Source: an uncultured archaeon (GTDB taxonomy: Archaea > Asgardarchaeota > Thorarchaeia > Thorarchaeales > Thorarchaeaceae). Taken from it: DNA of 32,000 bases. How positions within the stretch are numbered: the stretch's first letter is position 1; the number at the start of each line of letters is the position of its first letter. The stretch lies in NCBI GenBank assembly GCA_964354495.1, contig CAYHAA010000020.1:1-32000 (forward strand). The letters are read 5' to 3'. Shown in pieces: positions 17,780 to 26,744 of this stretch. Below the pieces are notes generated by a model. The model saw only the letters and a program-made list of their open reading frames with translations, was not told where the DNA came from and did no database searches. Both the position numbers and the translations under genes were made by a program.

Positions 17780-19306
17780 TCATTTGATAAATGCCCACGG
17801 TATTCCCTGACTAAAACGCTCTGGATCACTTCCTAGTGAGAACAGTGCGATTCCAGTTTCCTTTTCAGCTCTCCTCCAGCCGCCATATCCTCCATAGGCG
17901 GCTGCAGTACGGATGGCTTTTCCAAGAGTCCTGTTTCCAATTGACAGGGCTGCTTGAATCCGTGCGCCTCTCAGGTCAAGAGTTTCTATTGTCACTCGCG
18001 GTGTGTTTCTAAGATCCTCCTCGATATGTCTTATCTTACCACGAAGCACTTCTATCCCAGATTGAGGCTCAAGCTGCCACCTCGTTCTTGCTTTTGGAAT
18101 AAACGGATTCAAGCTAGCGGTAATTCTCATAGTTGAGTTCCTAGCCATGCCTTGTATCATTTTAATGGTGGACTCGATATCTGTATCCGTTTCTCCTGGA
18201 AGCCCAATGATGAAGTACAGCTTCAACGAGTTGTACCCAGCTGATTCCGCTGTCTTCACTGCCTCTTCAATTTCTGAATCTGTGAGACCCTTTCCGATGC
18301 TCCTTCTGAGTTCATCTGAGCCCGTTTCGGGTGCTATTGTGAGAGTCCGTTGGCCACCCTTGACTAGGCACTCCAATAGTCCTGTGGTCACAGAATCCGC
18401 TCTCAGCGACGGAACAGAGACTTCTACCCCTTGTTTCACAATCCAACATACAAGGTCCTCCAAGCTATCCAAGTCACCTAATGATGACCCGATCAATGAC
18501 ACCTTCTTTACGGGTGTCTGACTAATTCCCTGTTCTACAAGCTCCTTCAATCGTTCTAATGAACGAGTTCTTCTTGGCTGACACATGTGTCCCACAAGAC
18601 AGAACTTACATGAGTGCCCACAGCCTCTTGTGACTTCCAGCAAGAATGACTTACCAAACACGGGCTCAAGTTTCGATCCCTCCCCCACGTCTGGAACGAC
18701 TTGAGCTACTGGGTATTCGAGAGAGTCAAGATCTTCTATCATGATATGGCTTACGGAGGTAGGATTGGCTGCAGGGACATAGATACCGTTGGTGTCTGCC
18801 AGAGCTGCTATTGATTCGTCCCGGGATGTTTTGGTCCTGACTGCCTCCACAATGTCATGAACAACCAAGTCCCCCTCACCAATGGCAAAGGCGTCCACAA
18901 AATCTGTATAGGGTTCAGGATTGGAGCTCACAACCGGCCCCCCTACCAGGACAATCGGGTCATCAGCTGTTCTGTCCTCAACGAGAATGGGGATTCTGCC
19001 TATCTCCAGCATCTGTATGAGGTTCAGTATGTCCTCCTCATATGTCAACGTGAATCCCACAATGTGATTATCCATCAGTGGTCGACCGCTCTCGATTGAC
19101 AATGCTGGAGACTGTGTCTGGTATCTGAAGTATCGCTCACATGATGTATCCTCTCTGTTGTTTAGCGCTGAATAGAGTATTTGTAGAGCAAGGCCAGTCA
19201 TGCCTGCACGATATGTCGAAGGATAGCAGTACCCAAAGAGCACATCGACCTTGCTTGAGTTCTTCACGACTGAATTGAACTCTCTCAATGGTCTTGGCGC
19301 CAACAT
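17780..19306 (-). CDS. Radical SAM protein with N-terminal B12-binding-like domain (COG1032/TIGR03960-like), function unknown
   Basis: YPSTYRAGMTGLALQILY...CERYF, GGPVVSSNPEP, GEGD, RGCGHSCKFC, TIAPETGS, LYFIIGLPGET. Start at ATG 19306 behind GAGGGTG. Confidence 0.88.
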   Translation of the reverse strand: MLAPRPLREFNSVVKNSSKVDVLFGYCYPSTYRAGMTGLALQILYSALNNREDTSCERYFRYQTQSPALSIESGRPLMDNHIVGFTLTYEEDILNLIQMLEIGRIPILVEDRTADDPIVLVGGPVVSSNPEPYTDFVDAFAIGEGDLVVHDIVEAVRTKTSRDESIAALADTNGIYVPAANPTSVSHIMIEDLDSLEYPVAQVVPDVGEGSKLEPVFGKSFLLEVTRGCGHSCKFCLVGHMCQPRRTRSLERLKELVEQGISQTPVKKVSLIGSSLGDLDSLEDLVCWIVKQGVEVSVPSLRADSVTTGLLECLVKGGQRTLTIAPETGSDELRRSIGKGLTDSEIEEAVKTAESAGYNSLKLYFIIGLPGETDTDIESTIKMIQGMARNSTMRITASLNPFIPKARTRWQLEPQSGIEVLRGKIRHIEEDLRNTPRVTIETLDLRGARIQAALSIGNRTLGKAIRTAAAYGGYGGWRRAEKETGIALFSLGSDPERFSQGIPWAFIK

Positions 19307-19313
19307 AACACCC

Positions 19314-20603
19314 TCATTTGGAGGAGTCCAGATCAATGACAGTCTGATTCTGCTTCGCAATCACCATCTGGTTTGGTCCAACGTCCCTGTCCACTATGAC
19401 ACCAATGCCTGTTCTCGAGCCTTGATGCATGACAACTCCTGGGGCAATTGAAGTGCCAATCCCAGTCTTTACATCGTCGCCAATGATGGCTCCCAGTTTT
19501 CTCCTTCCAGAACTCACACGTTTTCCCTTCACGGTGCTCTCCACAGCTTGGTTATCATGCCTCAGGTTCGCAGTGATTGTTCCTGCGCCAAAGTTGCACT
19601 CTCTTCCAATGATAGAGTCCCCTACATAGGATAGGTGCCCGACATTGGTGTTGTCCATGATTATGCTGTTCTTTATCTCAACAGCATTTCCAATCTTCAC
19701 CTTCTTTCCAAGTGAAGTATGCGCACGGATGTAGCAGTTTGGCCCAATAACAGCATCCTGTCCGATGTAGACGGGTCCTTCTACATACGCACCTGTCCTT
19801 ATGACCGCTCCAGTTTCGATGATGCAGGTGCCCTTAATCACTGCGCCCTTTTCCACGGTTCCCTTGATGCTCCTAGATGACTGACTCAGGAGTTGTTTGT
19901 TGGCCTCCAATAGATCCCATGGCTTACCCACATCAAGCCACCATGATGGTAACATGTACGCTCCGACATTGCCTCTTTCAATCAGCATGCCTATTGAATC
20001 AGTGATCTCATATTCCCCTCGTGGAGAGAGTGGGGTCTTATCAATCGCAGCCCAGAGTGACGCACTTACAGCATAGAGGCCTACATTCACCAGATTGCTG
20101 ACCATCTCCTCCTTCTTTGGTTTCTCAATGAGTTTCACTGCCTTTCCTTCTCTCACAGCAACAACACCATATGCACTCGGGTCATCAATAGGCTGCACAG
20201 ATAGCGTCATCTCAAAATTCCCGCTCTCATGATACGCAATCAACCCCTCAAAGCAGCCCGGGCCAACCATTACATCACCATTCATCAATAATGACGTGTC
20301 ATCGCTAACAAACTCTCTGGCATGACCTGCCGCATGTGCTGTTCCTCTCCTCTCCTTCTGCAGAACGAAGGAAACAGACATCCTGCCTTTGCCCCATGTC
20401 TCCGAATCCACAGACTCACTGAGTTTCTCAGCATGGTAGCCATAGACAATGAGTGTTTCTTCGATACCAGCCTTCTCCAATGCCTCCAAGGTGTGAAACA
20501 GAAGAGGTCTTCCAGCTACTGGCAGGAGATGTTTTGGTTGATTTGCAGATAGTGGAAGCATCCTCGTGGAGTCACCAGCTGCTAGTAATATGGCCTTCTT
20601 CAT
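19314..20603 (-). CDS. glmU: Bifunctional sugar-1-phosphate nucleotidylyltransferase/acetyltransferase (archaeal GlmU type)
   Basis: AILLAAGDSTRMLPLS..PKHLLPV, RGEYEITD, WLDVGKPWDLL, hexapeptide left-handed beta-helix, HLSYVGDS, NFGAGTITANLR. Confidence 0.9.
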   Translation of the reverse strand: MKKAILLAAGDSTRMLPLSANQPKHLLPVAGRPLLFHTLEALEKAGIEETLIVYGYHAEKLSESVDSETWGKGRMSVSFVLQKERRGTAHAAGHAREFVSDDTSLLMNGDVMVGPGCFEGLIAYHESGNFEMTLSVQPIDDPSAYGVVAVREGKAVKLIEKPKKEEMVSNLVNVGLYAVSASLWAAIDKTPLSPRGEYEITDSIGMLIERGNVGAYMLPSWWLDVGKPWDLLEANKQLLSQSSRSIKGTVEKGAVIKGTCIIETGAVIRTGAYVEGPVYIGQDAVIGPNCYIRAHTSLGKKVKIGNAVEIKNSIIMDNTNVGHLSYVGDSIIGRECNFGAGTITANLRHDNQAVESTVKGKRVSSGRRKLGAIIGDDVKTGIGTSIAPGVVMHQGSRTGIGVIVDRDVGPNQMVIAKQNQTVIDLDSSK

Positions 20604-20862
20604 CTTGGGTCGAAGAAGTCCTACCGTCTGCAGAATTAAAGGCTTTGTAGATGATAGGATTGTCCTCAGAGGATGACTAGTACAGAAGTGGAATTGATTC
20701 TATTTCCATGAACTGACGCGGTGCACGACTGCGACATATCGCTCAATTGCTGCGATAAGTTAATAAGCAGTTTTGTAACATAGACACTTGTTTGATTGAG
20801 GCAAATCCTGCTCTGCAGAGCCTCATCAACAGACTCCAAATTTTACGGGAAGGTAATGGAAA

Positions 20863-21108
20863 ATGATGAACGAAACTGAACTTCAGGAGGAGTTGAAGAG
20901 CATGAAGCTCACAAAGAGCCAGATGATTGTTCTGGACATTCTCAGAAGCAGCGGTCAGGATGGAGCTACTCCAAAGCAACTCCTTGACAAGGTTTCTTTT
21001 GCCCCAAGGACAGTCCGTTATGCACTTCGAAAACTTCTGAAGAAACACTTGATCAAGCGTATACCCTGTCTCCAGGACATGCGCCAATGGATCTATGTAC
21101 CTGCTTAA
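20863..21108 (+). CDS. Small winged-helix (MarR/Lrs14-like) DNA-binding protein
   Basis: 81 aa; TPKQLLDKVSFAPRTVRYALRKL helix-turn-helix followed by a DMRQWIY wing. Confidence 0.85.
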   Translation: MMNETELQEELKSMKLTKSQMIVLDILRSSGQDGATPKQLLDKVSFAPRTVRYALRKLLKKHLIKRIPCLQDMRQWIYVPA

Positions 21109-21148
21109 AGCAAACTGAAGGCAGTACACTGGATGGAGATTGGCAAGC

Positions 21149-21181
21149 TGACACTAATAGCCTTAGGGCTATTAGCTGTCA
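21149..21181. promoter_or_regulatory. Long inverted repeat TGACACTAATAGCC-TTAG-GGCTATTAG(C)TGTCA between two regulator genes; putative operator or RNA hairpin
   Basis: 9-bp perfect inner arms, extended to 14 bp with one bulged C; read directly. Confidence 0.6.
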
Positions 21182-21237
21182 ATAAGTCACTAACGCTTCA
21201 ACTCTCGACATGTGTAGAAATAAATAGGTGATACCCA

Positions 21238-21924
21238 GTGCAGGGCAGTAATCCCATCGATACATTGAAGATTCTCACAGGACAACAAGCAATTGACGCA
21301 TACAAGGCTCTCAGTGATGAGAACCGAAGACAGATCCTGCATGCATTGAGAGCAAGACGAATGTCTACTATTGAATTAATGGAGTTCCTGTCTAAACAAG
21401 ATGTCAACAAGGAAGTGAAACCGCAGACTGTTCGTTATCACCTGAAGGAGCTAGAGAAGTGTGGCCTCATTCAAATGGATGGATACGAGCCAACCGGAAA
21501 CGGCGAGAGTCACATAATGCAGAAGTTGTGGCGTGCTACTGCTGAAAATGTCTTCATAACAACTGGGGATCTTGATGGTTTTGAGGCACGCAGTCCTCGG
21601 GACATTGACAAGACGCTGGACATCATTTCAACGATGAAGAGCCTGGGCTTCAAGTTTGAGAGTGAGAGTGAGATTCTGCAGATTGCAGAGGCGATGACTA
21701 AGCGAGATAGAATCTTAGACACAGGCAAGGAGTATGCAAAGGAGACTCTCCGGCAAGCCAGTGAGATTGATCCTACTCTCTATGTAGTGTTTCGCAGTCT
21801 TCTCAGTATTGTGCGACTGAACGAGAGTGATTATGAGCAGTACTGGAAGACTAGCCGCCTAGTCACAGATGGGCTTAGAGATGCCTATCGAAGAGGCGGT
21901 GGGAAGAACCCAAAGGTATACTAG
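21238..21924 (+). CDS. ArsR-family winged-helix transcriptional regulator with C-terminal extension
   Basis: KALSDENRRQILHALR, TVRYHLKELEKCGLI. AGGTGA SD upstream of the GTG start. Confidence 0.85.
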   Translation: MQGSNPIDTLKILTGQQAIDAYKALSDENRRQILHALRARRMSTIELMEFLSKQDVNKEVKPQTVRYHLKELEKCGLIQMDGYEPTGNGESHIMQKLWRATAENVFITTGDLDGFEARSPRDIDKTLDIISTMKSLGFKFESESEILQIAEAMTKRDRILDTGKEYAKETLRQASEIDPTLYVVFRSLLSIVRLNESDYEQYWKTSRLVTDGLRDAYRRGGGKNPKVY

Positions 21925-21934
21925 ACCTGCAAAA

Positions 21935-24280
21935 TCAGTCTCCTTCTTTATGTCCTGGATATTCAGCCTGCAGCAGATGTCGTATTCTGGCAGCTATCTT
22001 AGGTCCAACACCTCTCACTTTCTGTAGGCCTTTGGTGTCTTCAGAAAAGGTACGTTCCAATGTGCCAAACTCGGTGAGCAACGCTCTGGATATCACAGTG
22101 TCTATTCCAGGGAATCCTGAGAGTATGTACTCCAAGGTATCTGCATCACCGGCCTTGGTTTCCCCTGATCGAGTACGCAATGGCTTTCTCGATGAGACCT
22201 GTTCAAGATGTGCAATACGATACAGAACATTAGCAGTCTCCTCTGCATTGCGTGTCCAAATCATTGGGACCTGAATTCTGATTGCAATAGACGCCAACGC
22301 TCCGTATATTGAGGCTGGGTTCACACCCCTCAATCCAATAATCTGCTCTCCCTCAATTATCAGGACTGGACGTCGGTAAGCTGAGCGGAGAGCACTCAGC
22401 TGAACGAAGAGACGCCCATCTATGAGTGACTGTATGAAATCGTTCGACTCCTTCCGTTCAACAGCAACATCCTCAGATGCCACATAGTCTGCAATCTCAA
22501 GGCTCTCTCCAGATATTACAACATCCAAACGAGCAAGTTCACGGGCTACCGCAGTGGGCAGTTCTCTCGAGTCCACGATGAGCTTTATCTGCTCAGGTTC
22601 AGTCTTTGGTGCAATTCTGGTTATTGCCTCTGGGGTTTCTTGTGCCTTACTGTTTCTGGCAAAATCCTCAAGACTTGTCTGTTTCTCGCTCTCCTCGGCC
22701 TCTGCCTCTTTGAGAGCCTTTGGCATCCTCTTCAACTTGCTCATCACGCTCCAGTGATAGAACTCATCATGAGTTCCCTTTGCAACGAAAATCACAACTC
22801 TTCCAGGGACTCTTCGTCCCGTTCTCCCCCTCCTCTGGATATATGGGACCACTGAGGGGACACAGTCATAAAAGATTACAAGATTGCACTCTGGGATATC
22901 AAGGCCCTCTTCTCCTACCTGCGTTGCCACAAGTATGTTGAACTCATTGTTCCTGAAACCGTCTAGGACCTCCACCTGTTTCTTCTGACTGAATCCTTTG
23001 TCGGAGCCGCGGGAGCTCTGCCCCACAAAACGGCTCACACGTGCGTCACCTAATTGCTCCAGTGTTTCTGTGACCTCTGCAGCAGTATCTCGGAAACGTG
23101 TGAAGATCAAAATGCGGGAGTCAAGGTTGGCTGACAATTGCTCACTGACAATCTCAAGGACCGCATCAGCCTTCGGATGTCTGTAGTCCTTCGCTATAAG
23201 AGCCTGCAGTAGCTCCTCGAACTGCTTGAACTCTGCTCTCGTGATGAGATCCTTCAATCCCTTGGAGCTCTTCTTGTTACTGATCTCTTCATACATGCCG
23301 CGAATGTATCTCATCGTAGGTGTCAGGCCCTGTGTTCCAATGAACTCTATGAGGTGAGCTATCCTCAAGAGAGCAGTGAGATTTCTAATGACAAGAAAGA
23401 GAGTCCGTGGTGGATTCGTGAATGAACCTATCTCTTTTCGTACTGCGCCCTGTGCCTGAAGTATTTCTTTCCTTGTCAGGCGTCTGCTATCAGGCAGACT
23501 AAAGCCATGATCGACAACGGGTTTTCTATACTCCTCCATAAGCCTATACAATATATCTCGAAGCGCTTCGACTTCTGGGGGTAACCTGACATAGTACACT
23601 TCTGAGTCGACAGATACGATGTAGTCTTTCACATCCTTGCTCTTCTCATCCCTGACCTCAACATGGGTCAGCCTCAAGTTTTCACATACAGCTATGATGT
23701 GCTCTGCCTGATGCCCAGGAGATGCAGTGAGCCCAAGAGACAGTCGATTATGTCCCTGTTTCTCATAGAGTTCCGCAACGAAGGTATATGCATAGTTGCC
23801 GACGCCACGGTGAGCTTCGTCATAGACAATCAATGAAACATTGGAGAGGTCGTAGCTTCTCTGAATCAAATCGTTTTGTAATGCCTGTGGAGTCATCACA
23901 ATGACGCGCGCCTCTTGCCAAGAGGTATGTCTACTCTCTGGGGCATCTTGCCCAGTCAGGCACACGATTTGGTTCTCCTCCAAGTCAAGTACGCGTTTCA
24001 AATAGCGCGCCTGCTGGTCTACAAGAGGTCGTGATGGTGCGAGGAAGAGCACCTTTGAGTCTTGATGCTCTCTTAGACGTCTTGCTGTCAGGAGGGCGGC
24101 AATTACAGTCTTACCCAGTCCTGTGCTCAGCACTATTATTGTGCTCTGGCGAGATGCTATGTCTGCGAGGTCCACCTGATACGACCTATAGTCCAGAGTC
24201 TGGGTCTTGATTAATGGCATCTCGACGTACTTGTCGTATCCAGTCAAAGCTACAACCCCGAAGGATGCATGGATTTCCAT
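21935..24280 (-). CDS. hef: Hef (FANCM/XPF-like) helicase-nuclease: SF2 helicase, ERCC4 nuclease, HhH
   Basis: RSYQ Q-motif, STGLGKT, YDEAH, GLTASPG, QRRGRTGR, then VDSRE...VERKESNDF and GVGPK HhH. Start may be TTG 24247. Confidence 0.94.
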   Translation of the reverse strand: MEIHASFGVVALTGYDKYVEMPLIKTQTLDYRSYQVDLADIASRQSTIIVLSTGLGKTVIAALLTARRLREHQDSKVLFLAPSRPLVDQQARYLKRVLDLEENQIVCLTGQDAPESRHTSWQEARVIVMTPQALQNDLIQRSYDLSNVSLIVYDEAHRGVGNYAYTFVAELYEKQGHNRLSLGLTASPGHQAEHIIAVCENLRLTHVEVRDEKSKDVKDYIVSVDSEVYYVRLPPEVEALRDILYRLMEEYRKPVVDHGFSLPDSRRLTRKEILQAQGAVRKEIGSFTNPPRTLFLVIRNLTALLRIAHLIEFIGTQGLTPTMRYIRGMYEEISNKKSSKGLKDLITRAEFKQFEELLQALIAKDYRHPKADAVLEIVSEQLSANLDSRILIFTRFRDTAAEVTETLEQLGDARVSRFVGQSSRGSDKGFSQKKQVEVLDGFRNNEFNILVATQVGEEGLDIPECNLVIFYDCVPSVVPYIQRRGRTGRRVPGRVVIFVAKGTHDEFYHWSVMSKLKRMPKALKEAEAEESEKQTSLEDFARNSKAQETPEAITRIAPKTEPEQIKLIVDSRELPTAVARELARLDVVISGESLEIADYVASEDVAVERKESNDFIQSLIDGRLFVQLSALRSAYRRPVLIIEGEQIIGLRGVNPASIYGALASIAIRIQVPMIWTRNAEETANVLYRIAHLEQVSSRKPLRTRSGETKAGDADTLEYILSGFPGIDTVISRALLTEFGTLERTFSEDTKGLQKVRGVGPKIAARIRHLLQAEYPGHKEGD

Positions 24281-24549
24281 ATCTGAGATAATGCTTGCTC
24301 TAAAAAGGCTCCTACATGCGTTCTATTGAAGGTAGTAAGAAAACCCGGAGGGGAGTGGGTAGTTGTATCCTAGACACAGAAAGGCACACAATTCACATCT
24401 GACCAGTCATACAGATTCGGGTGCAATATGCTCTGGTGCTTCTTATTTGCCTCTCAACAAGATCGCACGTTACTAGCTAGATATTGAGTTCTAAGAGAAA
24501 ATGGATTCGACCCCTCAACATTAGGAAGAGGTGAATCTCCTAGGGACTG

Positions 24550-25317
24550 CTAGGCCGTTACCAAATAACAATATCTCCCGAACCTATCCTTCGTGAATGC
24601 ACGGAGGCTGTAAAAAGGGAGCTCCATTTCTTTCAGAACACGTATTACATGGGACCGATACTCATCTTTGTGGATGTCATCCAGCACAATTAGCCCACCT
24701 AGATGAGCTAAGGCAATGGCATCCTTCAACGTCTTTGTGCGAACTGGCATACGACCAAGATCGTGTAAGACCAAATCGAATGACTCAGGTCTAGCCTCGA
24801 TGAACGTCTGCCAGTGAACAAGATTGTCGCTAGAAAGCCTACTCGAGGTCAGAAAATTCCGAGTTGTTTCCAACCAGGTCAGGTCGTCATCCACAGACCA
24901 AATACAGCGTATGGAATCAATATTCACAGCACATAAGCGAAAGACCAACGAACTGAACCCCGAACCGAGATCAAGGACTCTCTGGGGGTTGCAGATATGA
25001 CATAATACTGTCAAAAAGACTGCCGTTTCAAACCCGATTGCCATGGCTTCTGTCGACATTTTCGAGATGTATTCATCATAGTGTGGTCGGAGATGATTCC
25101 GAATTGGCGTAGCCAATGTTTCATAATCTCGAAGCTGAGGGAATCTCTGCTGCAATTTGGTAGAATCGAGGTGCCCTCGAATCGCCTCAGAGCTCACAAG
25201 AATTTTCCGCCAAAGAAAGCGTGGCAGATTCGTAGGGTGTAGTGTCCGGCTCAACGTCATAACCAACCAAGGCTTCATTATTCTGAGTTTCATGGGGCGT
25301 CCTTTCGAACCTTGCAA
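24550..25317 (-). CDS. Class I SAM-dependent methyltransferase (Methyltransf_24-like)
   Basis: VLDLGSGFSS motif I, SVDD motif II, FDLVLHD, GGLIVLDD. Start uncertain. Confidence 0.8.
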   Translation of the reverse strand: MQGSKGRPMKLRIMKPWLVMTLSRTLHPTNLPRFLWRKILVSSEAIRGHLDSTKLQQRFPQLRDYETLATPIRNHLRPHYDEYISKMSTEAMAIGFETAVFLTVLCHICNPQRVLDLGSGFSSLVFRLCAVNIDSIRCIWSVDDDLTWLETTRNFLTSSRLSSDNLVHWQTFIEARPESFDLVLHDLGRMPVRTKTLKDAIALAHLGGLIVLDDIHKDEYRSHVIRVLKEMELPFYSLRAFTKDRFGRYCYLVTA

Positions 25318-25495
25318 TAATCTTTTCTATTCACGGAGTCACCCCTTTCACACCCCCATCATCCCTATTGCAGTCAGCTTCGTCATTCCTAGTCTTCCTT
25401 GCGGCTGTTTTCTCATCTAGAATGGCTCTGACCATGATAATACTCACTGTAAAAAGCCTCCTACAAATACATCCTATAGAATAAGGAGCCGAGAC

Positions 25496-25840
25496 ATGAT
25501 GACTACTACCACTAAGGAGCCAATGCCAAGCATCGAGGCAGAGCTCTACGAGCTGAAGATGCCGGGTCGACTCTTGGGAAAGGAAGTACTTGATAACAGG
25601 GCTCGACGCATTGGCATTGTTAGAAGCATAAGAATCGCCTTGCATCCATTACGCTCCGAGCTCATTGTGAAGGGCGCAGAAGTCGAGTTTCCTGTCGACT
25701 TCTCGAAGGTTGATGCTGTCGGCACTGTGGTACAGCTTAACTCGGTGGTCAAGGATGCAGAAGAGATAGAGGTCCATGATGTCATAAGGCTACAGAAAGA
25801 GGTCCTTGACGACATCAAATCGTGTCTGGGCGGACAGTAG
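25496..25840 (+). CDS. PRC-barrel domain protein
   Basis: LLGKEVLDNRARRIGIVRSI and PVDFSKVDAVGTVVQL fit the PRC-barrel pattern; AAGGAG upstream. Confidence 0.72.
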   Translation: MMTTTTKEPMPSIEAELYELKMPGRLLGKEVLDNRARRIGIVRSIRIALHPLRSELIVKGAEVEFPVDFSKVDAVGTVVQLNSVVKDAEEIEVHDVIRLQKEVLDDIKSCLGGQ

Positions 25841-25910
25841 TTCCACAACAAGGGCATTTCGAAGAGCTTATACAGCTCGGCTGCCTCCTTCCATTTCTGG
25901 AGGCAAATCC

Positions 25911-26732
25911 ATGGTCCTCACTGTTGAACAACTTGCACGGGCTATTGATCACACCGAGCTAAAGCCAGAGGCTAAGCAGAGTAAGATAAAGCAGCTCTGT
26001 GAAGAGGCAATATCGTACAATTTTGCAGCAGTCTGTATCAACCCAGTCCATATTGAGTATGCAGCTCAGCTGCTCAAGGACTCAGCAGTAAAGGTGGCTT
26101 CTGTCATAGGCTTTCCACTCGGAGCTACTCTGTCTGAGGTCAAGGCCATGGAAACTCGTGAGGTCGTGAGGCGGGGGGCAGATGAAGTTGATATGGTGAT
26201 CAACGTTGGCGCCTTGCGTGACGAGAATTACGATCTTGTGCGAAGCGACATAGAAGCGGTAGTTGCAGCCTCTGGCGAGGCTCTTGTGAAGGTCATCCTC
26301 GAGACTGGCCTGCTCACTGATGACCAGAAGAAGAAGGCATGTCTTCTATCCAAGGAGGCAGGTGCAGATTTTGTCAAGACCTCGACTGGGTTTGGACCAA
26401 TGGGAGCGACTCCTTATGATGTCAAACTCATGCGAGAGACTGTGGGTGACTCCATGGGTGTGAAGGCTGCTGGAGGAATCCGTACATTCAAGGAGGCTCT
26501 CCGATTGATAGATGCGGGAGCCAATAGACTCGGAACGAGCTCTGGGATAGGAATCATTGAAGACTACCGATGGGCTCAGTATAGTGAGTCTTGGATGCAG
26601 CCCGACAAACCCTGCTGGACATGCCCGAGTCGCATGGCGAACATAGCGAAACAACCCAAAGAAGTGTATCTCTGGTATAAACAGCGGTGCCTGATGTGTC
26701 CAAACAAGGACCATAATATCTTCACAGAATAG
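25911..26732 (+). CDS. deoC: 2-deoxyribose-5-phosphate aldolase with a C-terminal four-cysteine extension
   Basis: IDHTELKP, VIGFPLG, KVILETG, FVKTSTGF (Schiff-base Lys), GVKAAGGIR, RLGTSS. ATG 25911 behind GGAGG. Confidence 0.95.
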   Translation: MVLTVEQLARAIDHTELKPEAKQSKIKQLCEEAISYNFAAVCINPVHIEYAAQLLKDSAVKVASVIGFPLGATLSEVKAMETREVVRRGADEVDMVINVGALRDENYDLVRSDIEAVVAASGEALVKVILETGLLTDDQKKKACLLSKEAGADFVKTSTGFGPMGATPYDVKLMRETVGDSMGVKAAGGIRTFKEALRLIDAGANRLGTSSGIGIIEDYRWAQYSESWMQPDKPCWTCPSRMANIAKQPKEVYLWYKQRCLMCPNKDHNIFTE

Positions 26733-26744
26733 GAGGAATAACGA

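Noticed and set aside
24500-24530. GGATTCGACCCC, resembling a tRNA T-arm or att site beside the methyltransferase
   Set aside because: Does not match GTTCRAATCC properly on either strand; no cloverleaf and no second copy found.
25806-25910. ORF-track N-terminal extension of DeoC
   Set aside because: Overlaps the PRC gene; the GGAGG SD points to ATG 25911.
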